Below are positions 50,339 to 63,600 of a DNA stretch of 64,000 nucleotides, piece by piece. The stretch is from Octopus sinensis (lineage: Eukaryota), in NCBI RefSeq assembly GCF_006345805.1, contig NW_021832425.1:58534-122533 (forward strand). The letters are read 5' to 3'. Numbering within the stretch: the stretch's first letter is position 1; every line of letters starts with the position of its first letter. Below the pieces are notes generated by a model. It saw nothing but the letters and a program-made list of their open reading frames with translations, had not been told where the DNA came from and did not search any database. The translations under genes and the position numbers were made by a program.

Positions 50339-51243
50339 ATTTTATTTAAATTATTTTCTTTATAAGTTATTAGACGTAATAAATTACGCTTTACGACGAG
50401 TTTTAATTTTTAATGGTCAGAAAGCTAACTTAGTTGCATATGTTTGATAAAATTTATTATTTTAATAGTCAAAAATGATAATACCAAATTGCGAATCATT
50501 ACAAAATCAGAGAAGTGCTGAGTTCAGAAAATTTTGAGAAAATTGTTGAAAAAACAGCAAGTATGTGTGAATATATGAATAGTTTAAGAAATAAATTTAG
50601 TCTCTGGGTACACAAATAAATATATAGCAATTTCTAAAAAAAACTCTGAGCCGATTTATAATGTTTTGAAACAGACCAGCTTTGTTTATTTTGCCAACAA
50701 ATAATTTAGCACAAATTTGGAAAATTATTGTTATAACAAAATTTGATCTGTAGGATAAAACTTAGCTATCTCGCGATGATTGATGGGACTTTCACTTTAT
50801 TGCTAAACACATGTGAAAACCAAAATTGATGTAACCGTCTTAACGTTTATTGTCAAGAAAAAATTTGTTGATTCCCCAAAAGCCTTATCGTCTAAATGGG
50901 AAAAAATTACCTGCTAACTGATCGGATCCACGGAATTAGCTTCCATCATGCGTTTTTCTTGTTGTTCTGACTCTTCTGTATCCTTCCCCATGTTTCGTTG
51001 CTGCTGATTCCTTGATACTGAAATTTTACTCTCAGCGCTTGTCAGCCGCCTACAAGAGACTGGCTCATAGTGCTCCCTATCTCTAGCATGTAATTATCAG
51101 AGAATTACTACTGATATTTGTTTACGTTTGGGATTGGAAATCTGGCAGCCGCACTATTATCAGTTCCTAAACTGCTTGCACGCCTTGTCATGCAAAAAGA
51201 TTTCTGGTAGATTCATTCATCTTAACGATGTTGTAAAAAGGCT

Positions 51244-51650
51244 CTAGAGTCGGCAGATTGTTTTGCAGTCCACAAAGCGCAGGATCGGCACTTTAGAGTA
51301 TGGATTAGTCCTCCGCAAGTGGCCAACACCTGGCTTGATTGTGTAAGAGGTCCATAAATTTGTTAGTTCATCACTCACGGAGTCTATATCGAGAACAGAG
51401 CTGTAGCCGCCAGGGCAATCTTTGGCGTGCAGGAATGCACTGAAAAAGCTCCTGTAGTGTGTCAATTGATCTTTGAGAGGAAGTGGATTGGCATTCTTGT
51501 CTTTCAATACCCACGTAGATGTTATCCTCCATTGGTAACTGGTCACTCCCGATGTCATCAAGCACTGTAGGCGTTTGGATTTTCAGAGGTCCTGACAAAG
51601 ACATCGAGCCTGTCAGTGATCTTCTTTAGTGTACGACCGTCCTAATTGGT
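51244..51650 (-). mobile_element. APE C-terminal fragment of a LINE
   Basis: TVLDDIGSDQLP corresponds to the SDH motif. Confidence 0.65.
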
Positions 51651-52297
51651 AATTATCTCTAAACTGTGTTTCAAAATCATTTTATCTATCTTCTTAAAGT
51701 GTTTTTCTTTCTCACCAAAGACATCACTCGTCTAGAAAATGATATTTTGAATTTGTTCATAATGCTAAAAGAAATATTACCTCTAATGTTAACCTAGGAT
51801 TGTATTGCCAGCAATTTTAAAAATAATCTTGTGAATTTGCTACCAATAGAATTTTTTCTCAATTTTTTAAGCACTGTGTATATTCAAAACACATTTAAAT
51901 TATTAATAAATTTAGTGACATGTTAAAGCCTGGATGTATCCCAGAGAGTCTAAATTTACAGTGCCTGACAAAAAAATTGGGTTTGTAATAAATCGACTTT
52001 TTTTAAATAAATTATAATTTAATTTTCTTACATCATTCTTGGTAAAACTGAGATAACAAAAACTCAAATTCAGTATTATTATGTTGCGACCGTGAGCTGA
52101 GCGCTAAACGTGACCAATCAAATTCACTTATTTTATTAATAGATCAAGAACAATGATTATTTATAACTGTTATCTAACTTTTTGAATCGTTTGGAATGTA
52201 CTTTCACTACTGATCCGTCACTATTTTCTACATTGACAAAATAAATTGTATATTTAAACCGCGGTTCACAGATTGAAATTTTTCGGTTAACTTTCTT

Positions 52298-52700
52298 TGG
52301 CTGAAGCATAAGCTATGGATAATGGATCTGGACAGTCGTGGGTTCGTATCCGAAGGAGGCTAGTTTCCAGCTGGGGTCAATTCTCGTTATCGTTCCCCTG
52401 CCCGTGAGGCAATGAGTACTTCTGACACGACACAGTTGAAAAATGGGGATCTCTCACCTTCCTTCCGGTCTTAGCGTGGCGTTATGGGGTCCACCATGTC
52501 AGTTGGAATTTCGGATATGGAAACGCTCAGGAGGCACTTAATGCTTACCGAAAAAGGACTTCTAGAACTGTGACCCTGGGACATTGTCGTCTCAGTCCGA
52601 TCATTGTGGGCAGGATCGAACCTTTCAGAAGGATCTCCCTCGCTTGAATCTGGGATCAAGGGGGATTATAATTAACTGGCTTACCCTGGTCCTTTGGTCA
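52298..52700 (+). mobile_element. Candidate tRNA-headed SINE
   Basis: A-box-like TGGCTGAAG at 52298 and B-box-like GGTTCGTATCC at 52341 (43-bp offset). The body is shared with 10086-10325. The cloverleaf is poor. Confidence 0.4.
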
Positions 52701-53039
52701 ATAAAGTAACTTTCTTAAATGTGCCAATTCTTGAATTTCCAATTTCTAGAATTGCCAATTTTTAATAATTTGTTAATTGGATATGTAAATTCTCCTGAAA
52801 CAACATATCTGATACCGTTTAAGAAAATAGAATCTGCTCCTAACAAGAACATCATTACAGTTACAGTATATATTTTCAGATTCGAGAGAGTTTACAGTAT
52901 ATGGTTTCACAGTAAAAAAAATGCATTCATTTAGAGCAAAAGTCAGATTGTAAACTATTGATTGCTGTCAATACTAGACATAATTAAAATAATGTTGCCG
53001 GCCATCTCCTCGGCACACTAAAATTAACAATCTAATTCA

Positions 53040-53190
53040 CAAAGCCCTGTAAAGAGCTGGTTTCCCTTCAGTTCCGGAACCGACGAGCCTCGACCTTGAA
53101 GATGCAAAGCGTCCCGACGGCTGTACGCTTTGAATTTGAGTAGCAGCATGTTTAGGACGTCACCTATGCCGAATCCACGAATCTAGCTGT
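53040..53190 (+). mobile_element. CRE endonuclease fragment
   Basis: RAGFPSVPEPTSLDLEDAKRPDGCT. Confidence 0.7.
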
Positions 53191-54219
53191 AAAAAGTCCG
53201 TTTTTTACGGATATATTTCTTGTTTTTAAAAGTAATTTGATTTTACACAAAACAAAAATAGTCTCAAATGACCCAATATTAGAATAAACATATTCTTAAA
53301 TGTCAATACTTTTTAAAATTGTGTTTCATGAAATTTGTCACTAACAAATTTGAAAAATGAGCGAATCGAAACTGGATTTCTTGATCCATTCAGTTTCTGG
53401 TCAAGTTTTAAAACCCTACCAACTCAATACATAATTTATGAAGAGTTTTGGAACGCTGTGACTGCTAGATTAGATATCCAAAATTAAAAGTCCAAATAAA
53501 ATTAGTTTTTAATTAATGTGTCTGCTCTCAGTCGATTCTCCTCTTTTTTGAACAAGACAAGACAACAAGAAGCCCTGCCGCAAGATGAGAACGGAATGTT
53601 AACATCTCGCTTGGGCCAACCACATAAGATCAAGACAGAGAGAGAACATGTTATTAGGAAACTAACTAATCCAGAGGAAGACGACCCGAACGAAGACATG
53701 TATCTCTGCTTCATCTAATTTTTCTTTTCGAGTGTGGTTGAAGTAGACATCCGGCGTCACTCGTCACTGTTGACGGCGTCACTCGTCAATCCGGGGTGCA
53801 TGTAATATGCATAGAACCTCTTTTTTGAAGAAGAGCCAATTTTTCGATGGGCACACTCATCCATCTCACAGGGCTGGCCTCCTCTGTGGTCGTTTTAAGT
53901 TCGATTCAATGGCCTCACTCGACAAAGGTTCCTCCGTTGTTATATATATAAACCGAATTTTTTGACGTTGTTCCGGCGCGATTATTTTTAACTTTCTCAT
54001 TTTTAATGTTCTGTACGAATACTCTCCAATGTTTTCTAGATAACCACCGACTGAATGTAAGCTCGTGTTGGTTCTTCGAAACTAATTGAGCCGCAATAAA
54101 GCTTATAGAATTTACTCACAAAACCGTCTCATGTTAGTATCAATGGTACTATCGTTTCCTAGGTGTTATGAATTACTTTCAGTTTATTGACAAAACGCGG
54201 TTGAATTTGTCAACCGAAT

Positions 54220-56390
54220 CTTAAGGTTGTCTTTCAACTCCCCCCACATTCTTGCTAGTTCAGTTGGATTGGTAGTGCGAAACAAATTCGACATCCCAAT
54301 ACACGAAAGATAAGGGAACTTCTTGTTTAAATTTCAAATGAGAAATTTATACAAACAAGTCTTCATTTCAAAGTAGTATTTATTATACGCCGAACGCAAG
54401 ACACGTATTTATATTCTTCGTGGAGACGTAAATTACGGCAATTTTAGCCGTTGTAGGTAAGAGTTTGTATTCCGGACGCATGCTCTCCTGTGTTTTTTTA
54501 ATCACGATCGTCTGAACATATGCACGTGACTTGTTTGAATCTTGGACTTGTAAAGAGTTTTGGTAGTGCTTGTAAAATTTGGATGTTATTCCATCCCAGT
54601 TTGAGGCTTTCCGAAGTTGCAAATTGGTACTTTGTGCATATAAATTTCTTGATAGTGCCCCAATAAGCTGGGTCGATCTTTTTAATTTAGTATTCTATAG
54701 GTAGAAATTTGAATCAATTGCAATAAAATTGATTTTAGAAATAAAAGTGCTCCAAATACTGACAAGAGATACGCGTCCTTGAGGGAAAACTGCAAAAATC
54801 GGGTGCCCGTCTTGGGAGTGGCTCGATTGGGGTCACTGGGCACCGACGGGAGTGTCACGGCCGTCGAAACTCACTCGTCTTCGATACAATACAAAGTGAG
54901 GACATTTCGAACACGTCCCGTCGACGGTGATTTCGCGGAAAACGGGAAACAAATCTCCCCTCATCTTCCGTTCATATTCCTACTCGACAATCACCCGCCA
55001 CGTGAGATTGTTGAGAATTCTGATCTTAAAAGTGGCGGGAAATCAACAACTGTCTTGTCGGAGGCTCCCACGGCCAGGAGTTGTCCCGTCGAATTCCAAT
55101 TCACGGATTTGACTCCGAGAGCATTGTCATACAGACTGAATGTTAAAAAATTAAAAATCCAAAAAATTTTAAAATTAAATATTGAGAAAATGAGATGTTT
55201 GATTAATTAGGTCGGAACTGATTGGGTAGAGACAGTTTCATCCTCAGCCATTAAATAACAGCAAATGATCCCGACTGGAAAAAAGATTATTGCGAGGAGA
55301 ATTCCACAAAATGTATACTTTTTTGAAGTTACAGTAACCTAAAAAAATCCAAAAAATGAGTTTATACTGTGTTCTGTTGCATTATAAAAATAATAAATAT
55401 GCAAATCTATTATATAGGATAATTTACAAAGATTGAATTACAGTTATAAAAATATTAAAGGGGAATCTACTTACACGATTCGCCTATTAGCAGAATCTTA
55501 ATGAGATTGTGGGGTCCTGTCATACAAGAAAATTACTCTTTAAATTTTCGTCTCGAAAATCAATGTGCGATTGTGAATGGCAAATTGGTTAGATTTAGTG
55601 AACAAAACGTGCTTGATTGGTGTGAGTATTGTGGATGTAAACGCCCGTTTACGAAATTCTCGAAACATACCTATTTTTGTTTGACAAGACTCTCCTCCAA
55701 TATCCCCTGCCCCACGACGTGTTCCTCCAATGCGCGGGTGCTGTGTCCCCAGTTATTGAGGGACTCCTTTCTCTAAGCCATAATCGACCCCCTTTATCGA
55801 CATTGGTCCTTATGATAACCGCCTCCAAATTTGGGAATATAAAACATACCCTTTGAAAAGCGAGGTCTTTGGCCAGTCAGTTGTTTTATTACTTTGGCTA
55901 CTCTTGTCAATCTATCCCCAGACTGACCAACAGAAATATTAAGACAGAGCTTGGTAATCTTGACTTTTCTCATTGGATTTTTTTCCTTCGTAGATGAAGT
56001 GGCTCAAGAAGAATTCAAAATCAGACTAAACAAGGCAACATTCATTATTTGTGAACAGACGGTGACATTTGAACTGGCCATCTCTTTTCAAGAATACACT
56101 CACTTTAATATTGACTTGGCAAACAATCTTGCAAATCTCTCCGCCTTTTTTGCGTGCCACGGTAGCCCCTCATCCGTGACGGGGTTGAACTTGTCAACCG
56201 TCATCTTAGGGTTGTCTTTCAACTCCCCCCACGTCTTGCTAGTTCAGTTGGATTGGTAATTCGAAACGAATTCGACATCCCAATCCACGAAAGATAAGGA
56301 CACTTCTTGTTCAAATTTTCAATGAGAAATTGATATAAATAAGTCTTCATTTCAAAGTAGTATTTATAATCCGCAGAACGCAAAATTTAT
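54220..56390. repeat. Local duplication of about 170-220 bp (54220-54445 vs 56205-56390 and 56651-56675) of a LINE linker-like segment
   Basis: Direct nucleotide match. The minus-strand frame SKTWGELK..KAERFARLF is only LINE-linker-like. Confidence 0.7.
55440..55650 (+). pseudogene. Papain-family (cathepsin L-like) protease fragment
   Basis: Frameshifted QN..CGSC followed by ENQCAIVNGKLVRFSEQNVLD..CGC. Confidence 0.65.
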
Positions 56391-56429
56391 ATGACTACAA
56401 TTATTTTTAAAAACAAAAGAAAATATAGG

Positions 56430-56640
56430 TTAATTAAGGTTGCTTAAGAGCAGAAAGGATAGCGTGGCTATTACCCCTGACACGGTTGTTGAAAGGCGTT
56501 GAAAAAAGCCATTCGGTCTCCTTCTATCTTTCGTCTGAACCGAGATCAGGGATCAAGTTTCCTAATGAAAGAGATTGATTCCGGACCGAAGACTCCAGAT
56601 GACTCCACAATAATCGGTTGCACTATGAAACCTGTCATTT
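56430..56640 (-). mobile_element. CRE-clade 3' tip
   Basis: PIIVESSGVFGP..RETEWLFQRLS..RGNSHAI. Confidence 0.8.
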
Positions 56641-57479
56641 ATATTGTTTGAGGAGACGTAAATTACGGCAATTTTGCGAATTTACGTCTTTTTTATTAAA
56701 GCGGCATCACATCGGGATTGTTTTAAGTGTTCACTCGTAATTATTAAATATAAATGAATTTAAACCTGTTCTTTGTGGTAATCAGTCTTTTTCCTATCCA
56801 CCAAAATCTAATCAGCTGTTTTGGACACCTTATCAGAATATTTTCTAAAAATTATAATTTTTTACTAACTTACTAGTTAGATCTAGTCGATTTGGGTAGA
56901 CGTGAAAAAGGCATATGACTCAGTTGACCATGCCTACTCTGTTGAGTGCCTGCAGAGACTCCTGTGTGTTTTATAAAATTTGTTGCAACTGTGATGGACA
57001 GATGGAATGTGCATCTACACTACAACAAATCCAATATAAGCGAATAAAGCTAGAGAAGGGAACATTATAGTGCGATTGCACATCCCCATTGCTGTTTGTC
57101 CTGTCCCCAGAATTGCTGAGTAGGACGGTAAAAAACTACGTGTCGACTAAGTGTAGTCTGTGTACTACCCAAGTTAATGTGAAGGAGTCAATCAAACTTA
57201 GAGAATATGCTTGATACTTGCTGATTTAACACCTTCCCATGCCATTTTTTAAAAAAGACTATATTCCTTAAATTTCAGAATTCTTTTTAATCAAAAATAT
57301 TCATTATTATGTTTACGATATATATGTAGCCTGGCGGATTGCCAAACTGTTTCCCTTAAATTAATTTCTTGTAAAAACTATAGCTCAAAATATTTTGAGT
57401 TTCAAATAATTCCGTTGAATAAATTAGCATTCTTAGGGTAAAATTATTCTTAAGTATTTTATTATTCCAATATTTATGG

Positions 57480-58110
57480 ATTGAATCTGAATATCGTCTG
57501 AATATTAAAATTAACCAACCAATTCTATAGTACTGAATGAAGCATTTATAGTCATAATGTCGAGAACATCAAGGCATTTATGGTTTTGAAATCACAACTG
57601 ATTTCAACTTATGGGTTCCGCTCATGTTTAAGAATAGCATGCTGCCTTAGTAAATATTAAACCATCATTCATAAAACCATTAAAATTTTTTTTGGAGAGT
57701 ACATTTAAAGTCTAAAGTTTAGACTCTATTACCTCCATTCATTTAATCAACTTTTCAAGATTTGGGAACTTTGATTTATTCGCATTTTATTAAAAAATTG
57801 ATAATTTCTTATCTTTTAAAATAGCCTCCATCTTCAGTAAAAGATTAATTTTGTTTTCTTGATACTGTCTTCTAAAATATGCTTGAAAATCCATCAGGTA
57901 ATCGCTGGCACGAAATGACATCATTTTCTTCTTTATAATTAACAATTTCAGTTTTTTCTTTAAAGGTAAGGCGATTAGAGCGTCCACGAAAAGAATTGGA
58001 AAACATTTGGATTAATTAAATTTTTATTTTTTTCGAAAATTCGTATTAAAAATTAAATTCAAAATTGTGTCCAATTTTAAAATTGAGGAGCATTAAGGAA
58101 ACCGCCGAAT
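57480..58110 (-). mobile_element. pogo/Tigger N-terminal relic
   Basis: ALPLKKKLKLL (psq-type HTH) and KSKFPNLEK. An end motif 'cattaag.aaaccgcc' is shared with about 18763. Confidence 0.55.
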
Positions 58111-58259
58111 TAAGTATTTTGCTTAAAATTTTTGATTCAATCAAGCTTTGGAAGCGTCAGCGTTCAAGCATTTTTTGATGCCGGATTAAGTCATTTAAAA
58201 TCTTTTTTAAAAAATATTATCAATTTTTATCCTACGATGGAAACCTAGACAATGAGTTC

Positions 58260-58430
58260 GTTAGGACTGGTGTCTGTTTATGCTTCGGTCATTGCCTATG
58301 TGAGCCACATTTCTGCCGCTGTGGCTAAATGATCTCATCAGGAGAACCTTTGAAGACGCCGGAATCCCCTCAGCTCTCGAACTTACTGGGATCGATCGGG
58401 AAAATGAGAATCACTGTGTTTCCCTTCAAC
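58260..58430 (+). mobile_element. CRE CCHC/endonuclease fragment
   Basis: CRCG followed by NDLIRRTFEDAGIPSALELTGIDR. Confidence 0.6.
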
Positions 58431-58490
58431 AGAAAAAAGCCACGCCCGCAAATCGAGATGGTTTTTCTGAGCGGATATTTCTTTGATATA

Positions 58491-59940
58491 CAGTAGAACC
58501 TCTGGTCTCGCCACCTCTGTTACTCGCCACATATTTTTCAAAAAATAAAAAAATTTCTAGTAATTTTGATGTAATATTCTATTGCTCGCCATTTTCTAAA
58601 TCTCGCCATTAATTTTTAAAAAATATTTTTTTTGGTTAAACTATTTTCTATATAAAATATTCAACCACGCTAAATTTAACATGCGTAAGTGCAAGATTGT
58701 CTTTTTACTGAAAAACGTCGCATTATTGCGTACATGGAGGAGAACAAAGTCTCACGATGCCGTATAGCTTACATTTTTTCTTCTGTTTTGAAGAAAAAAA
58801 TATCTCGAAGGGCTGTGAACGATTTAAGACTTGGAAAAGAGAATAATGTCTACTACTGATCCTATTTTCTCCAATAAGAAGAGATTATCTACTTAACTTA
58901 TTCTGTTATTGACACCGAACTATTAACTTGGATGGAATACATTGAGCTTAGAGGGCGGTTTCTGGACGATAATTCAATTTTGTTGAAAGCAAAGAACATT
59001 GCTAATATTTATGGAATTAAAGAGTTTAAAGCCAGTAATGGATGGCTAAGCAAGTTCAAGATACGGAACAACTTAAAATTGAGGACTTTACATGGAGAAT
59101 CAGGATCTACTGCAGTTGATCAGAAACAAGAAATTGATGCATTTACTTCTTTGATCTCTGCAAAGATTCAACAATATAATGCTGAAACATTTATAACGCT
59201 GATGAAACTGGGATTTTTTTACAACTATCCCTTCAAAAGTATTTGTCAGAAGGTTCGACGTGGACATAAAATATTTTTTTTTGGTTAAACTATTTTTTAT
59301 ACGAAAAATTCTTTTAGTTGTGGATCGATGCCCATCCCATAAACTTTACGCTGATTTCAGTCAATTGAAGTTCTTTACCTACCTTCGAAGACTACAACAA
59401 TTCTACAACCAATGGATCAAGGAATCATTAGATCTTTCAAAGGACATTTTAATAAACTTAAATTTGAGTTAATGTTAGAAAAAATTTGAAATGGAGAAAA
59501 TCCACTGGAAGCTCATAAAAAAATAACCTTAAAAGACGGTCTTCTTTTTACATATTTTGCCTGGAAAAAGTAACGACCAAAACAACTACCAATGGTTTCG
59601 GACATTCAAAATGGATCGAATGTGAAAATCAACTCGAAAGACCAACTGTTGAAATTGATAATTATGATCAAATGGTAAATATCTTGAAAATATTGGACCC
59701 GGCGATAAAGATGATTTTATTAATCATGAATTTACCGAAATAGATGAAATTGAAGATTACCTTAATATTGCTGGAGATTCTTTCCCACAAAATATGACGA
59801 TGAAGATACTCATAAGACCAATCTCATGTGAATTCAGAAGAGGCTTTGAAAATGTTGAAAAGAATAAAGTCATTCTTTTATCAAATGAAATTTTGATATA
59901 AATTCGTTGGAACTAATCGACACCGTTATTAGAAATATGG
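58491..59940 (+). mobile_element. pogo/Tigger relic related to 26281-27901
   Basis: TA|CAGTAGAACCTC end with ctcgcca repeats; FKASNGWLSKFK, NADETG and QPMDQGIIRSFK. No right TIR found. Confidence 0.85.
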
Positions 59941-60621
59941 CTGATTTAAAAAAAAACTATTAAAGATTTTTTTAGTTAATTTTTTCCTTTTAATTTCTTT
60001 CTTTCGATTCTCTTTGTTTCTTTGTCTCAATATACTTAAAAGAACTCAGCTTATGATCGAAATGTATTGAACGAGATGTTTAACTGTACGCTCTAACTCT
60101 TTCTCGATCGCATCAGCCTCTCGCGTTTAAAGAATTAATTATTAAATAATTAGCCTAGAAACTTTTTAAAGAGCAAATATTTTTCAAAAAAAATTTTTAT
60201 TCCAGATATTTTTAATGAAGTACCAAAGAAATCAATCTCCCAGATATTCAGAAGAAAATGCAGTATTTTGCCCTTTACATGTCAAAATTTTCAATCTTTC
60301 ATCAAAAATAAGACGGGCATAACAAGAACGTGATTGCGTTCTGTAAAATGGATGAAAATTAATTTTCTGTAAAAATTTAGATATATATTAAAAAATCTTA
60401 ATCGAATGCTAAAAAATAAATTTTTCTCAAAAGAATTTTTAAGATGTGACTAATTGGAGATGAGCATTAAAAGGGGGGCTAATTTGGAAGAGTCACTGTA
60501 TTAAACATTGACCATATCCATCAAATTACACAAAAATATGATCTTATACCACCTCCCAGACGATAGAGGTCACTACAATTCATTTATTCAACAAAGAATG
60601 AAATTATCAAAATAGAGAATG

Positions 60622-63600
60622 TCATTGAAAAGACTGAGCTCTACTCAGTTCATTTTTCTTTTGAATGAATGCTTTACACAATTCAACAGAATCCTCAAAA
60701 ATCAAAGACTCCTCAATATTGTACAGTTGGGCGTTCTCAAACATGAGTACAACATCCTTAGAGAACTCCTCCAATGAAGTATATTTCTTCAACTTGATTC
60801 GACTCTACAATACAACACACCCAACACCTTAATCCGCTTTATGTCCACTGGCTTTTTAATAATCTCGTAATAGTCAGGCAACTCTCTCCTCGATGGCAAT
60901 TCCAGGAAAGGATCAATCAATGCTCGGCCATCCCTTAACTATACTAAAACCATTACTCGTCATGATAGTCAATCAAAAATGTCAACAAATCGTTCAAGAG
61001 CTGACCAATATCCCTCTGGGTTGGCTTGACTGCTCTCTTTGGTCTACTGGGCACATAATCCTCTGAGAAACTCGAATCCTCCTCCTCAACTTGTGCCCGT
61101 CTCCGTGAGAAAGAATGTTCCCAAATTGGCGAGTTCACTTTTTCATAAGACGAATGAACAAGCCAAAGGGGGAGTTCATCCTCGGTGATTACTCTTGAAG
61201 GAATATTGTCACGTTTATCCATTTGTTCACGCTGGGAGTCCATCTGTGTGAACAACTCATATTCCTCGTTTGACCGCATTAGCATAGCATTGATGGCTTC
61301 ATCGTCGTGGATAGAATCAGCGTCCTTAACCTCATCTCCGTCCTGATCCAATAAACTCTGCAAGAATTGCCTTCTTTGATCGGATGTTGACTTTTGGTCA
61401 AACATTCCTGCACGAATGACCTTCTCGTCCATATTTAGTTTATTCTTTGCAGCAGAAAGAATTCTTTCCTCCACAGAATTAACAGTGACTAGACGAAGTA
61501 CTGTGACTTGTCTGAGCTGCCCAATCCGATGTGCTCTGTCTTCGGCCTGCAGGTCTTGATGGGGATTCCAATCAGAGTCAAATATTATCACTGTGTCCGC
61601 AGTTTGTAAGTTCAGTCCCAACCCACCAGCCCGAGTACTCAGAAGGAATATAAACGTGTCAAGTTGGGGGTCGTTGAACTGAGACAAGAGGAACTCCCTG
61701 TCCTCAGCTTTGGTAGACCCGTCCAATCTGAGGTGAGAAAAATCCCTCATATTCAAATAATCCTCCAAAATATTCATTAAAGATGTCATTTGACAAAAAA
61801 CAAGACATTTTCGATTCACTGCTTTCAATTTGGGCAATATTCTGTCAAGGACCTCAAATTTTCCCGAAACACGGAAAAGAAGAGGCCCAGTGACCATATC
61901 ATTGGACATTCCAAATTTCTGTGCCAACGACTTTTCAACCGACTCAAACATGAAAGGATGATTACATATCTTCCGTAATTGCATAAGAGTATTAGAAAGT
62001 GACCTCCCAACAACTTTTGACTTTTCATCACATGTGAGGACTACTCCATTCTTCTGCATATGTGTATACATAATTCTCTGGAGTGGAGTGAGGGCACATT
62101 TGATTATATATTCCACTTTATCCGGCAACTGACATTCAACTTCCTTTTTTAGTCTTCGAAGGATAAATGGACGTAAAATCGTGTGGAGTCGACGAATTAC
62201 CAAAAGTGACTCTTCCTGGTTAAGTTCCACCCGCTCATTCATACTAGCAAATGGAGCACTAAACCACTGCTCGAACGTGGCACAGGATTTAAATATTGTC
62301 GGCTGAATAAAGTTTAAAAGAGCCCAGAGTTCAGGAAGACGGTTCTGCAGAGGAGTCCCCGTTAGAAGCAGTCGGTAGGGGACATGGAATTTGCTGGAAA
62401 GAATACTGGTCAGTTTACAGTGATGGTTCTTCATACGATGTCCTTCATCGATGACCAGATAAACCCACCTCATCTTCCTGTTAGTCAAAAAAGATACCTT
62501 CGAAAGGACATTTTTGTCTTTTATGATATAATCATATGTTGTAATGACCACATTTACATTTGTAGATCTCATTCTTAAGCCGACTTCCCTCCTCACTTGT
62601 GGGGTCCCTCGATATGCCACCACAGCCATCGAAGGTGCCCATCGACCAAACTCATTCACCCAATTGGACAAAGTCCTTCCAATCAGCACGACCACTTACG
62701 ACAAGGGCACCACAACCAAATGGGGACCGTGAATTCTCTTATGTTCCAATAAATAGGCCAGAAGAGCAATAGTCTGAATAGTCTTGCCCAAACCCATCTC
62801 ATCTGCCAAAATACCGTTCAAATTGTTGTTATAAAGAGACACCATCCACTCCAGTCCAGCAATCTGATACAACTTCAAAGTGCCGCCTGTGAGGATTGTA
62901 GGCTGGACTTGAATCTTTTCTCGATTAAAATGAGCAATGGAATAACAGTCCTGTCCTTCCTCCCCCAATGACCGATCACACATGTGGGACTGCAATAACT
63001 TGGCCATATTCCCTATATATTCGTCCGTTTGTTCCAACAAGTATTTCAATCGGGTGTCCTTCTTTTGATCTATCAACTTTCGGTACCCCACTTCATCCTC
63101 TTCCTAAAAACGTGTTTAATTATTTATTTGCCATTAATCGACGCATTCTTTCCCGCCGAATTCGATCCTCCTCTTTCTTTTGCTCTCGTTCATTCGTCAG
63201 GTGGTGGTTTAACACGGCCTTGTTCACTTTGCCCAGTTTGGTTGCTCGAATTCGCATATTTTCACGGAATTGCCTTTGATGTTGCTGAATTCTCCCCAAA
63301 AATTCCTAAAAATCAGAATTTTTACATTTTAACTAAAAATTGTTGTCTTCTTAGTCTCTCGGATTCCATTTTTTCATGTTTTTCCATTCTTTCTGTTATT
63401 CTGGAATCACGGAGGCTTTGTCTCTTGACTCGACGACCAAAGGCAGGTCCCTCAATTCGGCAGGACTCCTTCATCACACACAACACTTCTTCCCGCACGT
63501 GCTTTTGGAGATCCAGCAGGCCAATCGCCTTCAACTCGATCAAAGCCTTCATTTTATTGTCCTCACTAAGACTGTTCAAAACTCCCGCCAGACTTTCCGA

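Noticed and set aside
52443-52690. HDV-like ribozyme, RNase P/MRP or snRNA identity for the 240-bp repeat
   Set aside because: A P1-like pairing exists, but the L3, P1.1 and P4 consensus elements could not be assembled.
54779-55210. 143-aa ORF or WD40-like fragment
   Set aside because: No recognisable family in any frame; stops interrupt the WD-like frame.
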